23,931 nt of DNA from a bacterium (GCA_043801585.1 JAZDLX010000138.1:1-23931); one strand, 5' to 3'; shown: positions 1 through 9,105, numbered from the stretch's first letter. The notes: a model not told the origin generated them from the letters alone. Numbers and translations: made by a program.

Positions 1-1696
1 CGAGAAGCATTACAAGGATATGCAGGACCTCGAGTTCACCATCCAGAACGGTCGTCTCTGGATGCTGCAGACCCGTGTGGGCAAGCGCAACGGGCGCGCC
101 GCGCTGGTGATGGCGGTGGACATGGTCGGCGAGAAACTGATTGACAAGAAGACCGCACTGATGCGCGTCAAGCCGAGCCAGCTCGATGAGCTGCTGCACC
201 CGATGCTCAGCCTGATGGCGGAGAAAACCGCGAAGAAACTCGCCAAGGGTCTGCCTGCGGGTCCGGGCGCCGGGGTTGGCAGGATCGTCCTGAACAGCGA
301 GCGTGCCAAGGCCGCGGCGGAGAAGGGCGAAAAGGTGATTCTCGTCCGCGTCGAGACCAGTCCCGAGGATGTGGATGGGATGCGCGCTGCGCAGGGCATT
401 CTCACCAGCCGTGGCGGCATGACCTCACACGCCGCTCTCGTGGCTCGCGGCTGGGGCAAATGCTGTATCGTCGGCTGCGGCGACCTGACCATTGACTACG
501 CGAAGAAGACCGTGACCAGCAAGGACGGCGTCGTGCTCAAAGAGGGCGATCTGATCAGTCTTAACGGTTCCACGGGAACCGTTTACAAGGATGCGTTGCC
601 CGTGGACCCGGCGGATCCGGACAAGGTGCCCGAATACAAGAAGCTGATGTCATGGGCGGACGAGGTGCGCCGCCTCGGAGTGCGAACAAACGCCGACACC
701 CCAAAAGACGCCAAGCAGGCGCGCGCGTTCGGCGCAACCGGCATCGGCCTCTGCCGCACTGAGCATATGTTCTTCGGCGAGGATAGGATCCGTCCAATGC
801 GGACGATGATCCTTTCGAACACCGAGAAAGAGCGCCGCGCGGCACTGGCGAAACTGATTCCCTTCCAGCGCAAGGACTTCTACCAGATCCTCAAGGCAAT
901 GCAGGGCTACCCGGTGACCATCCGCCTGCTGGACCCGCCGCTCCATGAGTTCTTGCCGGACAAAAATGACACGAAGGCGGTGCGGGAGGTCGCCAGCGAT
1001 CTTAAGATCAAACCGGCGGAGTTGATCAAACGCATCGACGAGTTGCACGAGATGAACCCGATGCTCGGACACCGTGGCTGCCGTCTCGGAATTACTCTGC
1101 CGGAGATCACCGAGATGCAGGCGCGGGCGATCCTGGAAGCAACAGCACGCCTCGTCAAGGAGCAGGTCAAGGTATTCCCCGAGATCATGGTGCCGCTGGT
1201 AGGTAACGTCAAGGAGTTCGAGAACCAGAAGGCGATCATCATGCGGGTTGCCAAAGCGGTGCAGAAGGAGCAGGGCATCAAGCTCTCGTTCAAGGTCGGC
1301 ACGATGATCGAAGTGCCGCGTGCCGCAGTGACCGCCGGCGAGATCGCCAAGGTGGCGCAGTTCTTCAGCTTCGGCACCAACGACCTGACCCAGATGGGCT
1401 GCGGCTTCAGCCGTGACGACAGCGGCAAGTTCCTGCCGCCCTACGTCGAGATGGGCATCTACGAGGACGATCCCTTCCAGTCCATCGACCAGGAGGGTGT
1501 CGGCGAGCTGGTGCGCATCGCGGTGCAGAAGGGGAAGAAGGCGAACAAGAGTCTGCACCTTGGCATCTGCGGCGAACACGGCGGCGACCCGGCGTCGATC
1601 CACTTCTTCCACAAGGTGGGTCTCGACTACGTGTCGTGCAGCCCGTTCCGTGTGCCGATCGCGCGTCTCGCCGCCGCTCAGGCGAACTTGGGGTAG
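1..1696 (+). CDS. ppdK: Pyruvate, phosphate dikinase (5'-truncated by the window edge)
   Basis: Frame is open from position 2 (EKHYKDMQDLEFTI). Phospho-His motif TSRGGMTSHAALVARG, plus GLCRTEHMF, FGTNDLTQ and CGEHGGDP. Confidence 0.97.
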   Translation, partial: EKHYKDMQDLEFTIQNGRLWMLQTRVGKRNGRAALVMAVDMVGEKLIDKKTALMRVKPSQLDELLHPMLSLMAEKTAKKLAKGLPAGPGAGVGRIVLNSERAKAAAEKGEKVILVRVETSPEDVDGMRAAQGILTSRGGMTSHAALVARGWGKCCIVGCGDLTIDYAKKTVTSKDGVVLKEGDLISLNGSTGTVYKDALPVDPADPDKVPEYKKLMSWADEVRRLGVRTNADTPKDAKQARAFGATGIGLCRTEHMFFGEDRIRPMRTMILSNTEKERRAALAKLIPFQRKDFYQILKAMQGYPVTIRLLDPPLHEFLPDKNDTKAVREVASDLKIKPAELIKRIDELHEMNPMLGHRGCRLGITLPEITEMQARAILEATARLVKEQVKVFPEIMVPLVGNVKEFENQKAIIMRVAKAVQKEQGIKLSFKVGTMIEVPRAAVTAGEIAKVAQFFSFGTNDLTQMGCGFSRDDSGKFLPPYVEMGIYEDDPFQSIDQEGVGELVRIAVQKGKKANKSLHLGICGEHGGDPASIHFFHKVGLDYVSCSPFRVPIARLAAAQANLG

Positions 1697-1753
1697 GTGC
1701 GAAAAACAAGGCAGACAAAGATGTTTTGTCGCCTTTATCATCGATTCAACACG

Positions 1754-1782
1754 GCACCCCGCTTCGGCGGGGTGTTTTATTT
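1754..1782 (+). terminator. Rho-independent terminator after ppdK
   Basis: CACCCCGC-TTCG-GCGGGGTG stem with a C(UUCG)G tetraloop followed by TTTTATTT. A second weaker hairpin lies at 1708-1735. Confidence 0.85.
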
Positions 1783-1811
1783 CGAAACATTCCGCTCCAC
1801 CTTGGAGTACG

Positions 1812-1869
1812 GAAAATTCAGACAGTTTGAATTTCGTCGAGACCGAATATTTAAACTGTCTGAATTTTC
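1812..1869. repeat. Long AT-rich inverted repeat (21-bp arms)
   Basis: GAAAATTCAGACAGTTTGAAT (1812-1832) pairs with ATTTAAACTGTCTGAATTTTC (1849-1869) with a single G.T pair. Confidence 0.85.
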
Positions 1870-1972
1870 TGGCCTGTTCATCGTCTCGTCAATGACATGA
1901 AACACTCCCCTCCAGTGCGGAGACCCTCTATATTGGCGAGTTGTTCGTAAAAACCGCTACAAGGGAAGCAGA

Positions 1973-3958
1973 ATGAGACGCTCCGCGACGGCAACGCTTG
2001 CCAGTTTGCTGTTCCTGTTGGTCACGACTCTCTCCGTCCATGCCCAAGTGGACGCGGTGGAAAAGAGACCATTTTACACTCTGAACGTTCAACTCGATCC
2101 AGTCAGCGGACGGGCGAACGGCACAGTGCTCGTGCAGTATGTGAATCCGACGGATGTCGATCAGTTCAACATCGCCTTTGCTCTTGATGCCGGAAAAACA
2201 AGAGGAAAACCCGTCAGCCGCGCCCGAGTCAACCGTCGCAATGCCGAGGTTGTTTACAAGTCGCGCGGGAATGGCGACGCCTATGACGGGTTTGAACTTG
2301 TTTCTTCCCGCAGGATGCCTCCCGGTGTGATCAGCCAGCTCGAGATCAACTTCGAAACCCGCAAGGGAGAAGACCGTGACGGCCTGACGTGGTACACCGG
2401 CGACTGGTTTCCGCGTGTGCTGGGTGTGGTGGACAGCACGGGGACCCCTCCCAACGGCCACTCGAATCCGGGCCTCGGGGATTACGATGTCACGGTCGAA
2501 TTCCCTATCGACTGGAGAGCCGCTTTGTCAGGACTTCCACTCCGCGAGGACGGGCGTGCGGAAACCGTCGAGATTTACAACGGCGCGGCGGGGGTGACCA
2601 ATTACGGCATCGCACTCGCACGAGATCTCCTGGTTCAGGAAACGGAGGTTTTCGGCATCCGTGTCCGTGTTTTCTTCCACAGCGAAGACGCCGAGTGGGG
2701 AACGAAACTTCTCGCCGACGCCCGCAATGTGGTTGAATTCTACAAACGGCGGACGGCGTTCAAGCCGCCGTTGGTGCTGAACGTGATCCCGGGCAGTAAA
2801 ACGCGAAGTGGAGCGGAAGCGGCATTCTCGAATACCATCGTGGTCCACCAAGATGGACCCCGCCCCGGCACCTTCGCGTCCCGGATCGCGGTAACCGGCG
2901 CGATTACCGACCTCTACTGGGGATTTGACAACGTTACCGAATCCTTCCGCGAAGAATCACCGCTGGAAGATGCACTCAGCCAATACGGAGTCCTTCGTTA
3001 TACGCGCAGCGCAGGCATCGGCGCAGAGTGGACCAGCGATCTGCGCGACACCTACTACGCAGGCGTTCTCTATGACCGGATGCGCGGCGAGAGTGAAGGT
3101 GTCGGCGGCCAGCTTGCACCCCCTGGCAAACCGTTCAAAAAGCGTGCGGAGGTAGCCCATCAATTCACACTGCTGGGGATGCTTGAACAGCGTGTCGGTG
3201 AACGGTCGCTGGAACGGGCGTACGACGAGATGTTCGTCTTCTCCGGCGAGCGAGAGGTTTCGGTGGACCGTCTGCGCAACGTCGTCGCGGTGGTCGCCGA
3301 GGATTCTCTCGACGAATTTTTCGACACCTGGTACTCGGGTCCGGGGTGGATGGACGCACGAATTCGTGAAGTGGTCAACCAGGGACAGGATGGAGGCAAA
3401 ACCGTTTCGACAGTCCGCCTGATTCGCGAAGGAGCGGAGGATTTTCCGGTGCCTGTGCGGATGACATTGCTCGACTCGACAACCGTTGATGCGACGGTTC
3501 CGCCCTTCGAATCAGAGGTCCAGCTTCGAACAGTGAGCGGTCCCGCGTTTGTCGAGGTCGATCCGGACAACACGCTCCCGCTTGTCAGCCACGCCTGGAC
3601 GAGCGGAGCCGCGGTGGCTCAGGTCGCCATGGAACTTGGCGAACAGGGTGACTGGGGGAGAGCGTTACGGATGCTCCAGCGTGCCGGAATGCGCGGAGCG
3701 GAGCAATCCTCGGCGGTGCTGGTTGGTCTGGCGCAGGCGCGGATGCACACCGGTGACTATCGTCAGGCGAAGGTGGACATCCTCGAGGCGCTCCAGCAGA
3801 ACGTGGACGGCGAGAGTCTATTGCTGCTCGGCAAGATCTGTGATCTGCTGGGAGACCGTGGCGCTGCCCAGGACGCCTACCGGCGAGCGCAGCAATTCAC
3901 AGCTGTCGCCAGCCAGGCGGGACAGTACCTGAAGTCACCCTATTCAATGAAGCCCTGA
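1973..3958 (+). CDS. Secreted M1 (gluzincin) aminopeptidase-like protein with C-terminal TPRs; zinc-binding motif degenerate
   Basis: Signal peptide (..SVHA/Q). M1-like segments WFPRV, GDYDVTVEFP, DSLDEFFDTWY, FPVPV and VEVDPDN. C-terminal TPR-like helices (LLLLGKICDLLGDRGAAQDAYRRA). No HEXXH motif. Confidence 0.7.
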   Translation: MRRSATATLASLLFLLVTTLSVHAQVDAVEKRPFYTLNVQLDPVSGRANGTVLVQYVNPTDVDQFNIAFALDAGKTRGKPVSRARVNRRNAEVVYKSRGNGDAYDGFELVSSRRMPPGVISQLEINFETRKGEDRDGLTWYTGDWFPRVLGVVDSTGTPPNGHSNPGLGDYDVTVEFPIDWRAALSGLPLREDGRAETVEIYNGAAGVTNYGIALARDLLVQETEVFGIRVRVFFHSEDAEWGTKLLADARNVVEFYKRRTAFKPPLVLNVIPGSKTRSGAEAAFSNTIVVHQDGPRPGTFASRIAVTGAITDLYWGFDNVTESFREESPLEDALSQYGVLRYTRSAGIGAEWTSDLRDTYYAGVLYDRMRGESEGVGGQLAPPGKPFKKRAEVAHQFTLLGMLEQRVGERSLERAYDEMFVFSGEREVSVDRLRNVVAVVAEDSLDEFFDTWYSGPGWMDARIREVVNQGQDGGKTVSTVRLIREGAEDFPVPVRMTLLDSTTVDATVPPFESEVQLRTVSGPAFVEVDPDNTLPLVSHAWTSGAAVAQVAMELGEQGDWGRALRMLQRAGMRGAEQSSAVLVGLAQARMHTGDYRQAKVDILEALQQNVDGESLLLLGKICDLLGDRGAAQDAYRRAQQFTAVASQAGQYLKSPYSMKP

Positions 3959-3984
3959 ACCCAGGAAACATCAACGTTGGAAAC

Positions 3985-4026
3985 AAAAACGGGCTATCCA
4001 CCTCAGTGGATGGCCCGTCTTATTCT
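3985..4026. terminator. Probable bidirectional terminator between convergent genes
   Basis: ACGGGCTATCCAC-CTCA-GTGGATGGCCCGT stem with an A-tract on the left and CTTATTCT on the right. Confidence 0.7.
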
Positions 4027-4053
4027 GTACGCGGATAAGACACTCACATTGAA

Positions 4054-4091
4054 AGACCCTGAATGCCGAAGGATCGGCATTCAGGATGACG
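4054..4091 (-). repeat. Solitary CGTC/GTCAT-tagged REP-like palindrome
   Basis: Minus strand reads CGTCAT-CCTGAATGCCGA-TCCT-TCGGCATTCAGG-GTCT: a perfect 12-bp stem with the same GTCAT...TCT frame as the array at 22.9-23.9 kb. Confidence 0.6.
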
Positions 4092-4096
4092 GCTCC

Positions 4097-4148
4097 GGGA
4101 CAGTATGCTCACAAATCAGTCAAGTCAGTATTGTGAGCATACTGTCCC
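4097..4148. repeat. Perfect 18-bp inverted repeat with a 16-nt loop
   Basis: GGGACAGTATGCTCACAA (4097-4114) and TTGTGAGCATACTGTCCC (4131-4148). Confidence 0.9.
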
Positions 4149-4157
4149 AGGAACCTA

Positions 4158-5375
4158 TCACGCGCCAAATTTCTGGAGGCGGCCGGCGTGTGCGAGGGCG
4201 ATGGGCAGAAGGTACATCATCGGTATCCGTCCGAGACCGCCGTGTGCCGCCTGTGTTTCGCCGAAGGCGGTGGTATCGTCCGTACGGACGTTGTTCCCGT
4301 GGATCAACACCGGCACCGGATGCCAGGAGTGGCTCGCCATCGTCGCGGGTGTCGAATGGTCGCCGGTGACAATCAGTACGTCGGGTTTGGCGTCGAGCAG
4401 AGCGGGCAGAGCCACATCCAACTCCTCGATGACTTTGACCTTCTTCTCGAAATCGCCGTCCTCACCTGCTGCGTCCGTCTTCTTGTAATGCACGAAGAAA
4501 AAGTCGAAATCATTGCGTAATCTCTTCACCTCGGCAAAACGAACCTTGAGGTCGGGGTCCTTGCTTAAAACCTCCATTCCCACGAGACGGGCGAGCCCAC
4601 GGTACATCGGGTAATCCGCGAGTGCGGCGGCGCGAAGCCCGAACCGGTCGCTCATTGTCGGCAGGGGGAGTCGTTTGGCAAAACCGCGCAACAGGACTCC
4701 ATTTGCCTTTTTCTCTCCTACGAGCACGCGGCGCGCTTTGTCGGTGAATTCGTCGACAGCCTTTGCTGTGCGAGCGGCCTCTTCACGCAGAGGTTTGCAC
4801 TTGAGCGGTGGAATGCCGGTTTTCTGGGAGTCGGTGTCCTCGAGCTGATCGGAGAGGTGCTCGCCACGAATGACCAACAGGAAACGGTGGTCCTTTTCGG
4901 GACGGATAAAAATCTCGACGCCCTCGATCTGAATCTCATTCTCAAGTTTTTCGCAGAGCGGAGTAGAGAGTTCGGTTGCGATACGCCCGGCTCGACGGTC
5001 GGTCACGTTTCCGGAGCTGTCGAGAGTGCAGAAATTTCCGCGTGCGCAAACGTCGCGATCTTCGAGCGGAAAATCTCCCCCGAGCGCGGAGAGGAGTCCG
5101 CGTCCAACGTTGTGCTCGACAGCATCGTATCCGAACAGGCTGAGGTGCGCGGGACCGCTTCCGGGGGTGATTCCCGGGCCGATCGGATCAAGCAGGCCGA
5201 GAACTCCGTCCCTCGCGAGTTTGTCCAGGTTGGGTGTCGTCGCAGCTTCCAGCTCGGTGGGGCCGCCCGGATGCTGTGGAAGGCCACCCAATCCGTCGAG
5301 GACAAGCAGGACGATTTTATTGTCCGTCGATGTGATCAGGGATTCGGTGATCAGCGCCATCGCTTGCTCCTTCAT
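4158..5375 (-). CDS. apgM: 2,3-bisphosphoglycerate-independent phosphoglycerate mutase (archaeal/ApgM type)
   Basis: LVLDGLGG, PTELEAATTPNLD, TPGSGPAHLSLFGY, DRRAGRI, KKTDAAGEDG, TGDHSTP and HSWHPVP. The start could be 5360. Confidence 0.92.
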   Translation of the reverse strand: MKEQAMALITESLITSTDNKIVLLVLDGLGGLPQHPGGPTELEAATTPNLDKLARDGVLGLLDPIGPGITPGSGPAHLSLFGYDAVEHNVGRGLLSALGGDFPLEDRDVCARGNFCTLDSSGNVTDRRAGRIATELSTPLCEKLENEIQIEGVEIFIRPEKDHRFLLVIRGEHLSDQLEDTDSQKTGIPPLKCKPLREEAARTAKAVDEFTDKARRVLVGEKKANGVLLRGFAKRLPLPTMSDRFGLRAAALADYPMYRGLARLVGMEVLSKDPDLKVRFAEVKRLRNDFDFFFVHYKKTDAAGEDGDFEKKVKVIEELDVALPALLDAKPDVLIVTGDHSTPATMASHSWHPVPVLIHGNNVRTDDTTAFGETQAAHGGLGRIPMMYLLPIALAHAGRLQKFGA

Positions 5376-5417
5376 GATGCGCCAGGGGAAATCAGCAGGG
5401 ACTTCTCCGGCTGTGTC

Positions 5418-6944
5418 TTACCTGCTTTTTCCTCGGGCAGGAGGCCGGTTTTTCAACTTGTCGGCGAACAGTTCACCAAGCGTTCCTGGTTTCGGTGCCT
5501 CACGCGTATTCTGACGGTGTGCGTGGCAATTGGCGAGGCGCAACGGGAACAGTGTGCACCGCGCATCGAGGCAACGATCCTCAGGGCAAAACCACTCCGG
5601 CATCTTTTCTTCCGGACGGAGGTCCGTAGTGACAATTTCGATGATTTCCTGCCAGGACAGGGCGGAGGTGCGTGCGTCGGGGGCCTTTGGAGAGCCGCAA
5701 ATGAGGAGTTTCAGCGAGGGATGCAGGAACCACCCCTCGACCATCCCGATGCCGTTGGCGTTTTTAGGCGGTTTCGCGCCGTTGCCGTGCCGCTTGATCA
5801 CTTCCGTTCCACGAAGCCGCACCGCGATCCGTTGCAGATTGAGGATCGGTTTTCCGTCCTTGCGTTGACCCGCCTGCAGGGTGACGTAATTGCTGCGGGG
5901 TTCATAGTAGAGGACGGCGCTGGCGCCACGGCGGTATCGTGCAGCTTTGATCGTCAATCCGTTTTTGCTGGCGATGGCGACCATCGAAACGCCGCGCCCG
6001 CGGATGACTTTCGCGCTGCGTTCCACTTCATCGATGGCCGAGAACCAGTCCGCTTCACGCTGCATGGCGGCTTTCAATAGCGTCGCAACATCCGCATAGA
6101 AAGCATCGTTCTCGCCGCCGTGGATCTTTACAAGTCCGATCAGGGCACGGGGCAGGATCACGCTCCGTTCACCCTCATCATCCGGTTCGGCGTTTTCATG
6201 CCCCGCCAGTAACCAGGAGGCGATTTTCAGAAGTTTTTCAAGATCTCGCCGGAGATGCCACCTCTTTTGCCGGGCATAGATATGGGATTCACCTTCCGCA
6301 GGCCAACCCATCTCCTCTTTGCGCTGATGGATTCCCTCATCCGAAATCCCTTCGCACAGAAACCGATGGAGAGTCCGGTCAAACAGCCCGGCGACTTCCT
6401 GCCGCGGCGCTTCCGTACCAACGCTCGCCTGGGCGATACCTTCCAGAAGACGGGCTGTTCTTTCAACGACTTCCGCGTCATCAAGCTCCTGCCCGTGGAG
6501 TCCTTCGATGAGTCCGTGCGGGGCGAGAAGGTGGTGAGCGGCCTCCTTGCTCGACAGTGATTGCCCCCGCGCATCGTGATTCAATGCGTAGGGAAGCAGG
6601 AATCGGTATCGTTCATCGTTGGCGACACCGAGTTCCTCGGCGACAATCATCGAGGCACAGGTGTCCCATTTCTCACGGTTATCCTGTCCATCGACGGGGT
6701 GGTTGTCATAGCGACCGCCGCCGGTATCGAGGGTGAGGATCCCCTCCTCCTCCAACTGTTCGGATGTCTTTCCGCCGGGGAGCGTATTGGCGGAGGTGAA
6801 CCGGAGTTCAGCGGTGTCGGCACCGGGATACCGAACGGTTCCGTGAAGTCTCATCAGGTGAATGGAGAGGATCGCGTCAAGGTCCGGATGCGTGTGGGTC
6901 AGCAGCACCGAAACGGGCTGCGACGATTTCGTAATGGCAGTCAT
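5418..6944 (-). CDS. Hypothetical protein with N-terminal MYG1/DHH-like phosphoesterase-type domain and C-terminal Cys cluster
   Basis: THTHPDLDA, LDTGGGRYDNH, CASMIVAEELG and NHDARG resemble MYG1/DHH metal motifs. C-terminus CPEDRCLDARC..NCHAH. ATG at 6944 preferred over 6980. Confidence 0.5.
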   Translation of the reverse strand: MTAITKSSQPVSVLLTHTHPDLDAILSIHLMRLHGTVRYPGADTAELRFTSANTLPGGKTSEQLEEEGILTLDTGGGRYDNHPVDGQDNREKWDTCASMIVAEELGVANDERYRFLLPYALNHDARGQSLSSKEAAHHLLAPHGLIEGLHGQELDDAEVVERTARLLEGIAQASVGTEAPRQEVAGLFDRTLHRFLCEGISDEGIHQRKEEMGWPAEGESHIYARQKRWHLRRDLEKLLKIASWLLAGHENAEPDDEGERSVILPRALIGLVKIHGGENDAFYADVATLLKAAMQREADWFSAIDEVERSAKVIRGRGVSMVAIASKNGLTIKAARYRRGASAVLYYEPRSNYVTLQAGQRKDGKPILNLQRIAVRLRGTEVIKRHGNGAKPPKNANGIGMVEGWFLHPSLKLLICGSPKAPDARTSALSWQEIIEIVTTDLRPEEKMPEWFCPEDRCLDARCTLFPLRLANCHAHRQNTREAPKPGTLGELFADKLKNRPPARGKSR

Positions 6945-7152
6945 GGGGCCAAAGCTACATCGGGGGAAAGAGCGATGCAAATATCCTCATTCGGCGTTGA
7001 GGCGGGTCCGGGGACGATTCCCGGGATACGGGAGAAAAAAGTGAGTTCGGGTGCGGATGGATTGGACCTGAGGGATGTGAATCGCCTACCTTCGGGGTGA
7101 TCCTGGCTCTCGGGAGGGAACCATCCCGGTATGTTACGTGAGCGGACAATGT

Positions 7153-7181
7153 TTGAAGAACCTAACAATTTAACCTATATT
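7153..7181 (+). promoter_or_regulatory. Putative sigma70 promoter for the HD-GYP gene
   Basis: TTGAAG-N17-TATATT in an AT-rich patch about 55 bp upstream of ATG 7235. Confidence 0.5.
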
Positions 7182-7234
7182 TCACATTTGCCTTTAGTTG
7201 CGTGCCGTGTCGAAACCACTTTGCAAGGTCATTC

Positions 7235-8935
7235 ATGAGCGAAGCACCAGAGAAAGAGAGTCATTACAGCGAAAATCCCCGGATCAACCACCTGATCGCC
7301 GGGCTGGTTGATGAATTAAAGGTGTTTACCGAGGAGCAGGCGACTCACATCAGTGAACTCGTCGCGATTGGAACGGCTCTTTCCGCGGAGCGGGATAACA
7401 AGCGCGTCCTCGAGATGATCCTTTCTCAGGCGCGCCGCTTCACCCATGCAGACGGCGGTACCCTGTATCTGGTGACGGATGACCAGCGTGAACTTGCCTT
7501 TCACGTGCTTCACAACGAAACACTGAACAGTTTTCAGGGGGGTATCTCCGGAAAAGAAATAACCCTGCCGAACGTCAAACTTTACGGTGAAAACGACGAG
7601 CCCAATCATGCAAATGTCTCCGCGCATGTTGCCTTGACTGGCGAGCTCGTGAACATCTCCGATGTGTACGAGGCGGAAGGATTCAATTTCGAGGGGACGA
7701 AAAAGTTTGACGCCGGGTTGAAGTACCGCAGCAAATCAATGCTCGTCGTGCCAATGCGTGATCATGAAGGCGAGATCATTGGCGTTCTGCAGCTGATCAA
7801 CGCGAAGGCGCCAGACGGCGAAACGATTCCTTTTGCTCCCGAACAGGAGGGGATGATTCACGCGCTGGCGAGCCAGGCGGCTGTCGTGCTCACTCAACAG
7901 CGGTTGATCAACGACCTGCGCAACCTGTTCGAAAGCTTCATCCAGGCGATCGCAACCGCAATTGACGAGAAATCAAAGTACACCGGCGGTCATATCGCCC
8001 GTGTGACTGAACTGACGATGGCCATCGCGGAACGTCTCAACAACTGGAACGAAGGCCCCCTTTCGGATAAATCCTTCACCACCGATGAGTTGGAGGAGCT
8101 GCGGATTGCAGCGTGGTTGCACGACACGGGAAAGATCACGACACCCGAATTTGTTGTCGATAAGTCAAATAAGCTGGAAACTGTCTTCGACCGTATTGAG
8201 CTGGTCCGCACCCGGTGGAAAGGCATCCGTCTCGAGCGCAGGCTCCGTGCCTTTGAACGCCTGATCGACCAGTTAGGCGATAACATCGATCCACGGATGA
8301 TCGAGGAGGCAGGTGCGGCAGCCAACAGCGACATTGAAGCGCTCGACGTGGACCTTGCTTTCCTCGAACAGACGAACAAGGGCGGCGAGTTCATGGCCGA
8401 CGACAAAATCGAACGGCTGAAAGCGATTGCAAACCGCACATGGCAGGAGGGGGGATCGCCGGAGTCATCCCTGTCAGACGACGAGGTGTACAATCTCTCA
8501 ATTCGCAAGGGGACTCTTACCGACGAAGAGCGGGAGATCATGAACAATCACGTCGTGATGTCGATCAAGATCCTCGAAGAATTGCCCTGGCCGCGCAAAA
8601 TGTCACACGTTCCGGAGATTGCGGGTGCCCATCACGAGAAACTCGACGGCACCGGATATCCCAACGGGTTGAAGGGCGACGACATCACGTTGCAGGCGCG
8701 GATCATGGCGGTCGCCGACGTATTCGAGGCGCTTTCGGCGAAGGACCGGCCGTACAAGTCTCCGATGCCACTTTCGCAGGCGATCAAGATTCTTGGGTTC
8801 ATGGTGAAAGACCAGCACCTCGATGGAGATGTTGTGGACATCTTCATCAAGAGCGGCCTCATTTTTGATTACGCGGAAAAACATCTCGACCCAAAACAAG
8901 TCGACATTACCCGGGAATCCCACGCTGGATCCTGA
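7235..8935 (+). CDS. GAF + HD-GYP cyclic dinucleotide phosphodiesterase (HD domain interrupted by a helical insertion)
   Basis: GAF segment (ADGGTLYL..YRSKSMLVVPM..GVLQLIN). HD-GYP motifs YTGGH, WLHDTGK, HVVMS, HHEKLDGTGYP, ADVFEAL and RPYK. Confidence 0.92.
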   Translation: MSEAPEKESHYSENPRINHLIAGLVDELKVFTEEQATHISELVAIGTALSAERDNKRVLEMILSQARRFTHADGGTLYLVTDDQRELAFHVLHNETLNSFQGGISGKEITLPNVKLYGENDEPNHANVSAHVALTGELVNISDVYEAEGFNFEGTKKFDAGLKYRSKSMLVVPMRDHEGEIIGVLQLINAKAPDGETIPFAPEQEGMIHALASQAAVVLTQQRLINDLRNLFESFIQAIATAIDEKSKYTGGHIARVTELTMAIAERLNNWNEGPLSDKSFTTDELEELRIAAWLHDTGKITTPEFVVDKSNKLETVFDRIELVRTRWKGIRLERRLRAFERLIDQLGDNIDPRMIEEAGAAANSDIEALDVDLAFLEQTNKGGEFMADDKIERLKAIANRTWQEGGSPESSLSDDEVYNLSIRKGTLTDEEREIMNNHVVMSIKILEELPWPRKMSHVPEIAGAHHEKLDGTGYPNGLKGDDITLQARIMAVADVFEALSAKDRPYKSPMPLSQAIKILGFMVKDQHLDGDVVDIFIKSGLIFDYAEKHLDPKQVDITRESHAGS

Positions 8936-9105
8936 TTTTCGGATGAAGCATAGATGGGAAAGGGGTGCTGACTCACAACAATCCATCCCCGCGTTTGAAG
9001 AGGATGCTGTTTTGAGTTTAGATTGCATCCCGCCCGAACAAACAGCATATCCCCGAGACCACGGCGGGGGACACGAAGTGTCTGGATAAGAGGAGGATTC
9101 TCCGA

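Noticed and set aside
650..1741. 363-aa minus-strand ORF
   Set aside because: Antisense shadow of the highly codon-biased ppdK.
3977..4369. 130-aa plus-strand ORF after the peptidase-like gene
   Set aside because: It runs through three hairpins and antisense into apgM, with no protein-like features.
4857..6080. 407-aa plus-strand ORF
   Set aside because: Antisense to apgM and the upstream gene, with no recognisable motifs.
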